Positions 28,613 through 36,510 of a DNA stretch of 64,000 nucleotides are shown piece after piece. Source of the DNA: a virus; the UHGV virus genome UHGV-0125199; one strand, 5' to 3'. The position numbers and the translations under genes were made by a program. Position 1 is the stretch's first letter, and each line of letters begins with the position of its first letter. The notes beneath the pieces are model-generated. The model did not search any database and had not been told where the DNA came from. It saw nothing but the letters and a program-made list of their open reading frames with translations.

Positions 28613-29164
28613 ATGCCGCTCCTACTGGAATTCTTAGTTCCTGGTTTTATATTTATGACAATGTTTAATTATTTCACATCGTCAAAAATAGAACATTCAA
28701 TTCTATGGAGCGTTGCAATAAGCTACATATTAAAAGCATTATGTAGTTTTTTACACGAGTTCATTTTTAAAGATGTTATTTTCAAATGGAATGAACGTGT
28801 TATAATTCTTGTTTTAATATCAATTATTTTAACGATAATTCTAATTCGATTTTACGAGTCAGAATGGTTGCATAAAATATTCAAATTTATCAATTTCAAA
28901 ACCCAACATGATTGTATTTGGAATGATGTAATTGATATGAAAAGAGGAACAACATTAAAAGTTATTTGTAATGACACAACTTATATAGGAATATTGTATA
29001 TGTTTGAAGAACATGGAAAAGATTCTTGGTTTGTGTTATCAGATTATATTATAGAAGAAAATGGGAATGCTTATGATTCAAGTAAATCAAATTTTCCATG
29101 CAAAATTGCAATTAATTTGAATGATGCAAAAAGAATAGAATTATATTATGGAAACACAGAGTAG
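28613..29164 (+). CDS. membrane protein, paralog A of ORF 45325
   Basis: N-terminal TM helices followed by a soluble domain. Aligns along its length with ORF 45325 ('VPGFIF','IWNDVIDMKRGTTLKV','FEEHG','DAKRIEL'). Confidence 0.6.
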   Translation: MPLLLEFLVPGFIFMTMFNYFTSSKIEHSILWSVAISYILKALCSFLHEFIFKDVIFKWNERVIILVLISIILTIILIRFYESEWLHKIFKFINFKTQHDCIWNDVIDMKRGTTLKVICNDTTYIGILYMFEEHGKDSWFVLSDYIIEENGNAYDSSKSNFPCKIAINLNDAKRIELYYGNTE

Positions 29165-29196
29165 ATTTATTTCTCTCTGTGTTTATTTATTTACTA

Positions 29197-29224
29197 CTGC
29201 TCTCCTTTCGTGAGGGCTTTTTTG
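29197..29224 (+). terminator. rho-independent terminator
   Basis: GCTCTCC..GAGGGC hairpin followed by TTTTTTGATG. Confidence 0.55.
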
Positions 29225-29256
29225 ATGTCCAAATTTGAGAGGAGTGATTTTTAAAA

Positions 29257-30471
29257 ATGAGTGAATATGAAGTACGCGTTGACACGAATGTAGACACAAG
29301 TGAACTCGATTCCGCACAGAAAAAATTAGATAGTTTAGTTAAAAATGGAAAACATATTAAAGTTGATTTTGATATTCAGGGAATGAAGAACCTGAATAAG
29401 ATCAATGGTGTCTTAAAAGGAATCGAAAAAAATAATAAGATCAGTGTAAAAGCTGATATGGATACATCCGGAATTAAAAAAGGATTATCTGATATTGAAA
29501 AAGCGAAACGAAGTGTTTCTACTTTAAAGATTGATGCAGATGTTTCAAAAGCGAATGCAGATTTTAAAAAGTTTGAATCTCTTACGACAAAATCCGCGGA
29601 AAAGGCTCGAAAGTTATTATCTGACATCAATAAAGATATTAATAATGTGAAATTGGCTCCAAATGATTCCATTATGGAAATTAATTTTAAAAAACTTACC
29701 AGTGATTTAGAAAAGTACAGGAATCAGATTAAGGTTGTACAAAATGAGCAAAAAGCTCTTGGTAATTCTATTACATCTGTATCAAAATCATTTAGTAAAA
29801 TTGATGCAGTAACTGCCTCTAACAAGACCTTAACGTGGTTAAAAAACAATAGTCGCGCTGCAAAAGTATATGGCGATCAACTAAAAGAAATTGCAGAATC
29901 TCAGAGAAAAGCAACATCAGATTCAGAGCTAACTTCACTAAATAAAGATTTCAACAAAACTGTATCTGAGGCAAAATTACTTGGACTTACTGGTAAAAGT
30001 TTTACAGCGGAATTTAAACGTGCATTTTCTCAAATTGCACAGTTTACGCAAATTTATGGTGGAATTGAAAATGTAATTCAGACTATTCAAAACTCTGTTA
30101 TTGAATTAAAAAATGTTGATTCTATTTTAACAGAAATTTCTAAAACATCTGATATGACAACAGATCAACTTACAAAACTTGGAGAAACATCTTTTGATTC
30201 CGCAAGCAAGTGGGGAAAGAAAGCAAGTGATTACCTACTTGGTATCCAAGAAATGAGTAGATCTGGCTATTATGGCAAACAGGCTGAACAAATGGCTGAA
30301 ACAAGTATTCTTGCTCAGGCAGCCGGTGATTTAAATTCAGATGTTGCAAATAGTTATCTTTTGGCATCGAATGCCGCATATCAATATTCTGGAAATGTTC
30401 AAAAACTTAATGCATTGCTTGATGGACAAAATATGATTAATATAGTGGTCATGCTATATAGAAATATATAG
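29257..30471 (+). CDS. tail tape-measure protein, segment 1 (TP901-type core, N-terminal part)
   Basis: 'DYLLGIQEMSRSGYYGKQAEQMAETSILAQAAGDL…ANSYLLASNAAYQYSGNVQKLNALLDGQNMIN' is tape-measure core-like. The in-frame tail 'VVMLYRNI*' looks like intron read-through. Confidence 0.8.
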   Translation: MSEYEVRVDTNVDTSELDSAQKKLDSLVKNGKHIKVDFDIQGMKNLNKINGVLKGIEKNNKISVKADMDTSGIKKGLSDIEKAKRSVSTLKIDADVSKANADFKKFESLTTKSAEKARKLLSDINKDINNVKLAPNDSIMEINFKKLTSDLEKYRNQIKVVQNEQKALGNSITSVSKSFSKIDAVTASNKTLTWLKNNSRAAKVYGDQLKEIAESQRKATSDSELTSLNKDFNKTVSEAKLLGLTGKSFTAEFKRAFSQIAQFTQIYGGIENVIQTIQNSVIELKNVDSILTEISKTSDMTTDQLTKLGETSFDSASKWGKKASDYLLGIQEMSRSGYYGKQAEQMAETSILAQAAGDLNSDVANSYLLASNAAYQYSGNVQKLNALLDGQNMINIVVMLYRNI

Positions 30472-31639
30472 CTTCATAGTTGGCTTTTATCCCGGAAACT
30501 CCAGAGATGGACAATCGGGAGGATAAGTTAAATAAAATACGGTAGAAAGAGGATATTATAGAAATAAAATTAAAATCATGGCAAACTCTCGCAAACTGTA
30601 AATTTTGTAATAAAGAGTTTGTAACTACTAAATATAAGGTTAATAATAATAAAAATGGTGTTTTTTGTAGTAGAAGTTGTTATGCTGACTACAAAAAAGA
30701 AACGATGACAGGTTCACAAAATATAAATTATAAAGAAAAGGTAAAGGTTCATTGCGATAATTGTGGTAAGGAAATTGAAAAAATACCATCTTTAACACAT
30801 AATATAAACAAACAAGGAGAAAACCATAACTTTTGTTCTTATGAATGTTATTGGGAATTTCGTAAAAAATATTATGTCGGGGATAAATTATATAATACTG
30901 GAAAAAAGATGGACGAAATTTTTTGCAATAAGGTAAGAGAAGCAACATTAAAACAATATCAAGATGGTATACTTGATAGACAAACAATACCACAAAAGAT
31001 AGTTAATAGTATATTAGAAAAAAATAATATTAATTATATCAATGAAAAAACTTTTAAATATTATTCTGTCGATAATTATTTAATAGAACATAATTTAATT
31101 ATTGAAGTTATGGGTGATTATTTTCATGTGAACCCTTTAATTTATACAGATTCAAATGAGATGAATAATATGCAGAAAAAGGATATTGATAGAGACAAAA
31201 GTAAACATACATATATAAAAAAATATCAGGATGTTGAAATTTTATACCTATGGGAATCCGATATAAAAAATAATCCTTTATTATGTGAAGAATTAATAAA
31301 AAAATATATAGAATCAAATGGCAAGTTGGAAGAATATAATTCTTTTAACTTTTCTTTTTGTGATAACAATTTAAAATTAAATAACAATATTATTAAACCG
31401 TATTTTATTTAACCCCCTAACGACTAAGTTGTAATATGGTAACATATTGCACACGCCGACTTCGATAGATATAGTCTATCCGTTACCTATAAGTCCGTAG
31501 GAACGCCTAACGTAAAACGAGGGAAAAGATATAGTCTAGTCTCACGCTATAATCTAAAAATGAAACGTGAGAGGTAGGATTAACGTCCTATCCGCTTTAT
31601 TGTTATTTAACAATAAAGTCCAATGCTTTGTCCTGGAAG
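30447..31639 (+). mobile_element. group I intron in the tape-measure gene (boundaries within about 10 nt)
   Basis: Non-coding flanks around the HE ORF. R-like 'ACGACTAAG' and S-like 'AAGATATAGTCTAG' elements after the ORF. An ATAGT pentamer is shared at both exon edges. Confidence 0.6.
30705..31412 (+). CDS. EDxHD/Vsr-like homing endonuclease with N-terminal zinc ribbons (the frame is open from 30546, so the real start may be upstream and non-canonical)
   Basis: 'EVMGDYFHVNP' carries the E-D-x-H residues, followed by 'DIDRDKSKHTYIKKYQDVEILYLWESDI'. Several CxxC zinc-ribbon pairs ('CDNCGKEI…CSYEC', 'CKFCNK…CSRSC'). Confidence 0.6.
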   Translation: MTGSQNINYKEKVKVHCDNCGKEIEKIPSLTHNINKQGENHNFCSYECYWEFRKKYYVGDKLYNTGKKMDEIFCNKVREATLKQYQDGILDRQTIPQKIVNSILEKNNINYINEKTFKYYSVDNYLIEHNLIIEVMGDYFHVNPLIYTDSNEMNNMQKKDIDRDKSKHTYIKKYQDVEILYLWESDIKNNPLLCEELIKKYIESNGKLEEYNSFNFSFCDNNLKLNNNIIKPYFI

Positions 31640-32393
31640 CATAGTAATAGAACAAACTAACAGGAACAGTGTATCCATGCAGGATATGGCAGAAGCCACA
31701 ACTCAAGCAGCTTCAATGGCATCAGAATTGGGGGTTCAAGAAAATCAACTTTCTGCGATGATTGGAACAATTGAGTCCAGAACAAAAGCAGGTGGCAATG
31801 AGGTTGGTAATGCGATCAAATCATTGTTGATAAACGTTCAGAATGTAAATAACTCAAAAATTGCAGAAACGTTTAAAAAAGCTGGCGTTGCTCAGACAGA
31901 GTTTGTAAACGGTGTAGAAAAAATGCGTAATCCAATTGAAGTATTGGAGGATCTTGCGAAAGTATTTAATCAATTAGAAGAGTCAGATCCACTGCGTACA
32001 GAAATTCTTACAAATATTGGACAGAAATACCAAGCGAACAAACTAAGTGCTTTATTATCTGGATGGTCTGACTATGAAAAAATGCTTGTAGATTATTCTG
32101 AGGGTACAGGAAGTGCTGCAAAAGAAGCAGAAAAATCTGCAAATAACTGGGAAGGATCTCTAAATAAATTATCAAATACTTGGACTGGATTTATTCAGAA
32201 TTTCGCTAATTCCAACATGATTACTTCTGGATTACAAGGACTTACTGGAATAATTAAAATAATCGACACAGTTGTTTCAAAAGCAGGAACACTCGAAACT
32301 GTTATGGGAGTTTTAGGTGGAGGATTAGCGAGTAAAACAGGATGGGGTAAAACTATCGTAGTTTATAATGCCCCTTTCTATAAGGTTGCATAA
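31623..32393 (+). CDS. tail tape-measure protein, segment 2 (continues the core)
   Basis: 'SVSMQDMAEATTQAASMASELGVQENQLSAMIGTIESRTKAGGNEVGNAIKSLL' continues the TP901 tape-measure core. No RBS before the ATG, and an in-frame TAA lies 3 codons upstream. Confidence 0.8.
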   Translation: MLCPGSIVIEQTNRNSVSMQDMAEATTQAASMASELGVQENQLSAMIGTIESRTKAGGNEVGNAIKSLLINVQNVNNSKIAETFKKAGVAQTEFVNGVEKMRNPIEVLEDLAKVFNQLEESDPLRTEILTNIGQKYQANKLSALLSGWSDYEKMLVDYSEGTGSAAKEAEKSANNWEGSLNKLSNTWTGFIQNFANSNMITSGLQGLTGIIKIIDTVVSKAGTLETVMGVLGGGLASKTGWGKTIVVYNAPFYKVA

Positions 32394-32899
32394 TAACGCC
32401 ATGCAATTAACGTAGAGAGTGTTCATATTATATATCGTAGTGTAATATGACCATCCTTGGAAATATAGATTTTCTAAATTGTCGAATATCGGGGGAAGCC
32501 GTAAGCCTATTTATATAGGTACCGGAGCGATGCAATAAAAGCGTATTATTATATAGAAGAAATACGTTCGTGAAGGAATAAGCATTTAATGCGAAAATGG
32601 TAGTCCCGACGCACTATAACTAAAACATGGAAGTGTAGTTCCATATATAGGGCGCGAGAGACTGACAAGACATGACGTGATACAGGCGTAATTGTATCAT
32701 ATGGTACACAACATACAGTCCGTACCTGGGGAAAGCCCAGGGTAGTCAATATGAGATACGGCAGTATACACTACTGCTCTATTGATGCAAACTACACAAC
32801 CTGTTGCTGACTTGCAAAAACAGGACAGGATTATACGGCGTATCTCTCGTCGTTTTCTAATAGAGATAAAAAAATAGACACAAATTGTTTACATTCTAC

Positions 32900-32927
32900 T
32901 TGACTTAATACAAGAAGAATGTATAAT
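32900..32927 (+). promoter_or_regulatory. sigma70-type promoter: TTGACT, 16-nt spacer, TATAAT
   Basis: Exact consensus hexamers. Confidence 0.6.
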
Positions 32928-32970
32928 AATACATGAGTTAAAAAATATAGCTCGAAACACCACGATGTAA

Positions 32971-32998
32971 GGACAGGGGATTACCTCCTGTCCTTTTG
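32971..32998 (+). terminator. rho-independent terminator
   Basis: GGACAGG-ggattacct-CCTGTCC hairpin followed by TTTTGTT. Confidence 0.6.
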
Positions 32999-33140
32999 TT
33001 ATGTTGTGGAAACAAATAAATAGAATAATTTTTTCTTTCCAAAAACACAAGAGATATTTTAAATATAGAGAAAACAACTATATATAGGAAAAATTTATAT
33101 AATTAGTGTGTTTTTTATTTTTCCGCACTATATCTAGCGG

Positions 33141-33169
33141 TTGAACAAATTTAATAAAAAATGTATAAT
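33141..33169 (+). promoter_or_regulatory. sigma70-type promoter: TTGAAC, 17-nt spacer, TG-TATAAT
   Basis: Near-consensus -35 hexamer with an extended -10. Confidence 0.6.
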
Positions 33170-33271
33170 AAGATACACAAAAAATAGTCTAATTTATTTC
33201 TCACGTTATATTTCGACATTTTGTTTAATTTTTTTGATGTATAATTGCTTCAAATACCAAGGGGTGATTAT

Positions 33272-33484
33272 ATGAAGTTAGGTAAAAAAGGATCCATACA
33301 TACAAAAGAGGAGGTAAGACATATGGCAGTCTCAATGGCAGTTGTACCGTTATTAAAAGGGGAAGCGGCTACTAAAATCGTAGATGATTTTAAAAGCAGC
33401 AAATTAAAACCATTTACAGACGATCAACGTAAGAAGACTAATGCTAAAGTAGCTGAGATACTCAAAGGTAAACGTAATGGATAA
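33272..33484 (+). CDS. small basic protein (70 aa), putative antitoxin-like partner of the downstream GNAT gene (the ORF track starts it at 33245)
   Basis: ATG after AAGGGGTGA. Its stop overlaps the GNAT gene start (ATGGATAA). Confidence 0.45.
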   Translation: MKLGKKGSIHTKEEVRHMAVSMAVVPLLKGEAATKIVDDFKSSKLKPFTDDQRKKTNAKVAEILKGKRNG

Positions 33485-34034
33485 CACAGAAAACTTTCAA
33501 TATAAAGAAGAGTTACTAAGCAAAGAGTCATTAAGACATTTTATGTTAGTAGGTGATTTTTGCTGTGGTGCAGACAATCCATTAAATACTTTCTTATCAG
33601 ATGATGCATTTGATTATGCAGAAGAAAAGCAAGGACACACATACATTTTAATGGACAACGAATACACTTGTATACTAGCATTTTACACAATTAAGGCTAA
33701 TGCAATTCATACATTTAATATAGATACAAACGAATATATGGCGTTGCCTGTTGTGGAAATAGCAAGAATTGCTGTAGATTTTGACTTCCAAGGGAATGGT
33801 TTAGGGAAAATATTATTTTATGATTATATAATACCTAAAATAAAAAAAGTAAGTAAGATTATTGCAATATATGGTATCATTGTATTTGTAGAATCGGAAA
33901 ATGGTCAAGGAATACAATTTTATAATTCACTAGGATTTAAAAGAGCCAATAATGAAATACAAAAAGCAGTTGGTGATTCTTATAACGAAAAATGTGAATT
34001 GTATGTGCTGAAATTAGATGATATAAAAGAGTAG
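33477..34034 (+). CDS. GNAT-family N-acetyltransferase (possible AtaT/TacT-like toxin)
   Basis: Acetyl-CoA motif A 'FQGNGLGKILF'. About 185 aa. Translationally coupled to the small upstream ORF. Confidence 0.65.
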   Translation: MDNTENFQYKEELLSKESLRHFMLVGDFCCGADNPLNTFLSDDAFDYAEEKQGHTYILMDNEYTCILAFYTIKANAIHTFNIDTNEYMALPVVEIARIAVDFDFQGNGLGKILFYDYIIPKIKKVSKIIAIYGIIVFVESENGQGIQFYNSLGFKRANNEIQKAVGDSYNEKCELYVLKLDDIKE

Positions 34035-34056
34035 GGAGTAATCCTACTCTTTTATT
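34029..34056 (+). terminator. rho-independent terminator
   Basis: GAGTAGG-gagtaat-CCTACTC hairpin followed by TTTTATTAT. Confidence 0.6.
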
Positions 34057-34159
34057 ATATTGGCTGATGTTTTTATTTTATAGAAACATATGTTCAGACT
34101 ACTCTTCTATTCATTATTGGTATATAATGGAAATACTAAAGATGAATAGGAGTAATATA

Positions 34160-34969
34160 ATGCCGAAATTTAAAGCCAGTTCTGTTATTTCGATGCTGAA
34201 ACGGTTTACAGATGAAGAAAAAAATAAAAAAACTCAGTCTTGTCCGGAATTGAAGAATGAGATTAAAAATGTATTAGACGATACAAAGATCATTCTATAT
34301 AAACAATCCAGAGAGGACGCGATTAAATATATTTTATGGCAAGGATTATTGAATAGATATGGGATTTTTGGGAGCAACAGAAGACAACACCGCTTATTTG
34401 GTCAAGATAAAACAGATTATTATGCTCAAGAGTACCAACATGGAGATATTGTAAGTATAGACTTCGGAACATCGAATATTGGAAGCGAATTTTCGTTTAC
34501 TCATACCGCACTTGTTTTGCATGAATTTACTGATTTTTTAATTGTTATACCTATTACTACTGCTAAAGATGGTAGATTAGAGAATAAGCCATTGGATGAA
34601 CAGGAATCAACATTTGTAATACATAAAAGTGATTTTTCGTTTATAGAAGCTGATTCATATGTATTAATATACCAGATAAAATCTATTTCAAAAAATAGAA
34701 TCACGAAAAGAATTGGGAATATAACAGGGTCAAAGTTTTTGTGTGACGTTGATAGCGAAGTGTTTAACATACTATTAGATCCGCTTTCAAAAAAAATATC
34801 AGAAGAAATAACAAACCTAAATATAAAGATATCAGATTATAAAAATATGATTGAAGAAAAAGATGAAAAAATAAGAGAATTAAATTGCTTGGTGGAAAAT
34901 TTAAAACAAAATATTAAAAATAATGATAAAAATGTGTTGACAAATCTGGATTTCCATGATACCATATAG
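34160..34969 (+). CDS. MazF/PemK-like domain protein with a C-terminal coiled coil (the ORF track starts it at 34067)
   Basis: ATG after AGGAGT. 'HGDIVSIDFGTSNIGSEFSFTHTALVLHEFTDFLIVIPITTAKDG' matches the PemK/MazF 'GDIv.vdf…G.E…RPalVl…V.PiTs' pattern. Confidence 0.45.
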   Translation: MPKFKASSVISMLKRFTDEEKNKKTQSCPELKNEIKNVLDDTKIILYKQSREDAIKYILWQGLLNRYGIFGSNRRQHRLFGQDKTDYYAQEYQHGDIVSIDFGTSNIGSEFSFTHTALVLHEFTDFLIVIPITTAKDGRLENKPLDEQESTFVIHKSDFSFIEADSYVLIYQIKSISKNRITKRIGNITGSKFLCDVDSEVFNILLDPLSKKISEEITNLNIKISDYKNMIEEKDEKIRELNCLVENLKQNIKNNDKNVLTNLDFHDTI

Positions 34970-35010
34970 GCATAAAAGATAGATATTTTTAGCAATGGCT
35001 ATTAAATATA

Positions 35011-35050
35011 ACTACATGGAGAGGTCTTTACGAATAAACGTAAAGACCTT
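35011..35050 (+). terminator. rho-independent terminator
   Basis: GGTCTTTACG-aataaa-CGTAAAGACC (10 bp) followed by TTCTTACTATTT. Confidence 0.55.
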
Positions 35051-35074
35051 CTTACTATTTAAAAATATATTTAC

Positions 35075-35108
35075 GTTTTAATTAAAAAAGACTGGGTTAT
35101 CATACCTA
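35075..35108. terminator. bidirectional terminator (it serves the minus-strand gene 35201..35638)
   Basis: AGACTGGG..CCTAGTCT hairpin flanked by A-runs and T-runs on both strands. Confidence 0.55.
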
Positions 35109-35200
35109 GTCTTTTCTCATGTATATTTTTAAATTCCAACTACTCTCCTCCCCACTAAAAATAGCTCTTACAGTTATTACGCTTCCACTGTTTACCGATA

Positions 35201-35638
35201 TTATTTTGGTATATTATTGATAATTGCACTAATGTATTCCGGATCATTTATTATTGCATTAAAAATTGTACTGGCGAGTGACATAATTCCATGAATAGAC
35301 GCAACCCCCATTTTCTTCGCAGATTTTTTCGTTGCATTCCATATTGTCTCTGGTCTAACCGTATTTATAAAATTATGACCGCTCCATGAAATGTCATCAA
35401 CATGACCTGATAATTTTCTGTCTTTCCCATTATAATTTTTATATCCAGTAATATAGCCAGCGCTCATTAATTGTGTCAGTGTATATGCAACATCTTCTTC
35501 GGAATATTTATTGTCTTGTGATAGTTCATTTATTATCGTTTTAAAAGAAATACCTTTTATAGAAAAATATTCACACATCACAAGATTATCCTCTAAATAT
35601 ATTAATGTGTCTCTTACACATTCAGGATTTAGTTTCAT
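35201..35638 (-). CDS. hypothetical protein (145 aa)
   Basis: Minus-strand ORF with an ATG after GGAGGTATAAC (reverse complement). Confidence 0.55.
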   Translation of the reverse strand: MKLNPECVRDTLIYLEDNLVMCEYFSIKGISFKTIINELSQDNKYSEEDVAYTLTQLMSAGYITGYKNYNGKDRKLSGHVDDISWSGHNFINTVRPETIWNATKKSAKKMGVASIHGIMSLASTIFNAIINDPEYISAIINNIPK

Positions 35639-35668
35639 AAGTTATACCTCCAAGAAAGGAATGATTAA

Positions 35669-35890
35669 ATGAAAGATATTACTATTCATTATAAAACAGA
35701 TGATGAAATGACAAATAAAGATAATCCTCTTTATGATCTACGCAGCCGAATAGCGGTTCTAGTCGATGGAAAACCAATTGAAAGATTAAAAAGGTTCTCA
35801 ATTGATTTTGATGTTAACGACATAGAACCAACTTATTGTGTGGAGCAATATATGGATTTTCCCAATAACGATCAAGACTATACGATATAA
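35669..35890 (+). CDS. small hypothetical protein (73 aa)
   Basis: ATG after AAGAAAGGAATGATTAA. Confidence 0.35.
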   Translation: MKDITIHYKTDDEMTNKDNPLYDLRSRIAVLVDGKPIERLKRFSIDFDVNDIEPTYCVEQYMDFPNNDQDYTI

Positions 35891-35906
35891 GTCTATCACT
35901 CTCCTC

Positions 35907-36386
35907 TCACGGTTTCCATGTATGACCACAGTTAGAACATCTATTGACTGTTTTATTACTTCCTAAGAATCCAGTCAGGATTGAGTAGCCTTTTTGCCCG
36001 GCGGTAATTGATGTAGATCCACATTTCGGACAACGTGGTTTAGATTCCTCTGCTTTCTTACGTTCTTCCTCTGCTTCTTTGGCTTGAACTTGTGACCGGA
36101 ATTGCGACATTTTTAATTCATATTCTATGATATCGTCATCGTGTAATTTTATCATTGCATCGTAGAAATCTGTGGAATCTGAGATTTTTGACAGAATAAT
36201 AAAATCATCATCCGGCATTGATGTCATGATTATTGGATGACCATATGGGCATTCTGTAGCAGTGTCTTCATAGAAATACACATAACCATTTCTATAAATT
36301 CCATCTTGTATTTTTTCTTTTTTGCATGTTGGACATATTTTTAAATGATTAACCATATTTATCCCCCTATATATTTTTAATTGCAA
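35907..36386 (-). CDS. zinc-ribbon protein (159 aa)
   Basis: Two CxxC…CxxC ribbons ('CPTCKKEK…CPYGH', 'CPKCGS…CSNCGH'). RBS GGGGGAT precedes the ATG (reverse complement). Confidence 0.55.
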   Translation of the reverse strand: MQLKIYRGINMVNHLKICPTCKKEKIQDGIYRNGYVYFYEDTATECPYGHPIIMTSMPDDDFIILSKISDSTDFYDAMIKLHDDDIIEYELKMSQFRSQVQAKEAEEERKKAEESKPRCPKCGSTSITAGQKGYSILTGFLGSNKTVNRCSNCGHTWKP

Positions 36387-36510
36387 GTTATTTATATATA
36401 GTTTATCAGAACAATAGACGATTGTAAACTACGACTCTGATGCGGATAAATTCACATCTATTTTTGACAATTTTAAAAAGAAAACAAAACCTAAATTTAA
36501 TCAAGATACA

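Larger units (their letters stand above)
32355..36420 (+). other. 4.1 kb intervening island between tape-measure segments 2 and 3; candidate large intron invaded by a moron/TA cassette, or a gene-fission insertion
   Basis: Structured RNA-like 5' part with R-like 'GAGAGACTGA' and S-like 'GGGTAGTCAA'. Carries its own promoters, terminators, and five genes on both strands. A 'GKT|IVNYD' junction would keep the frame (U at 32354, G at 36420). Confidence 0.35.
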
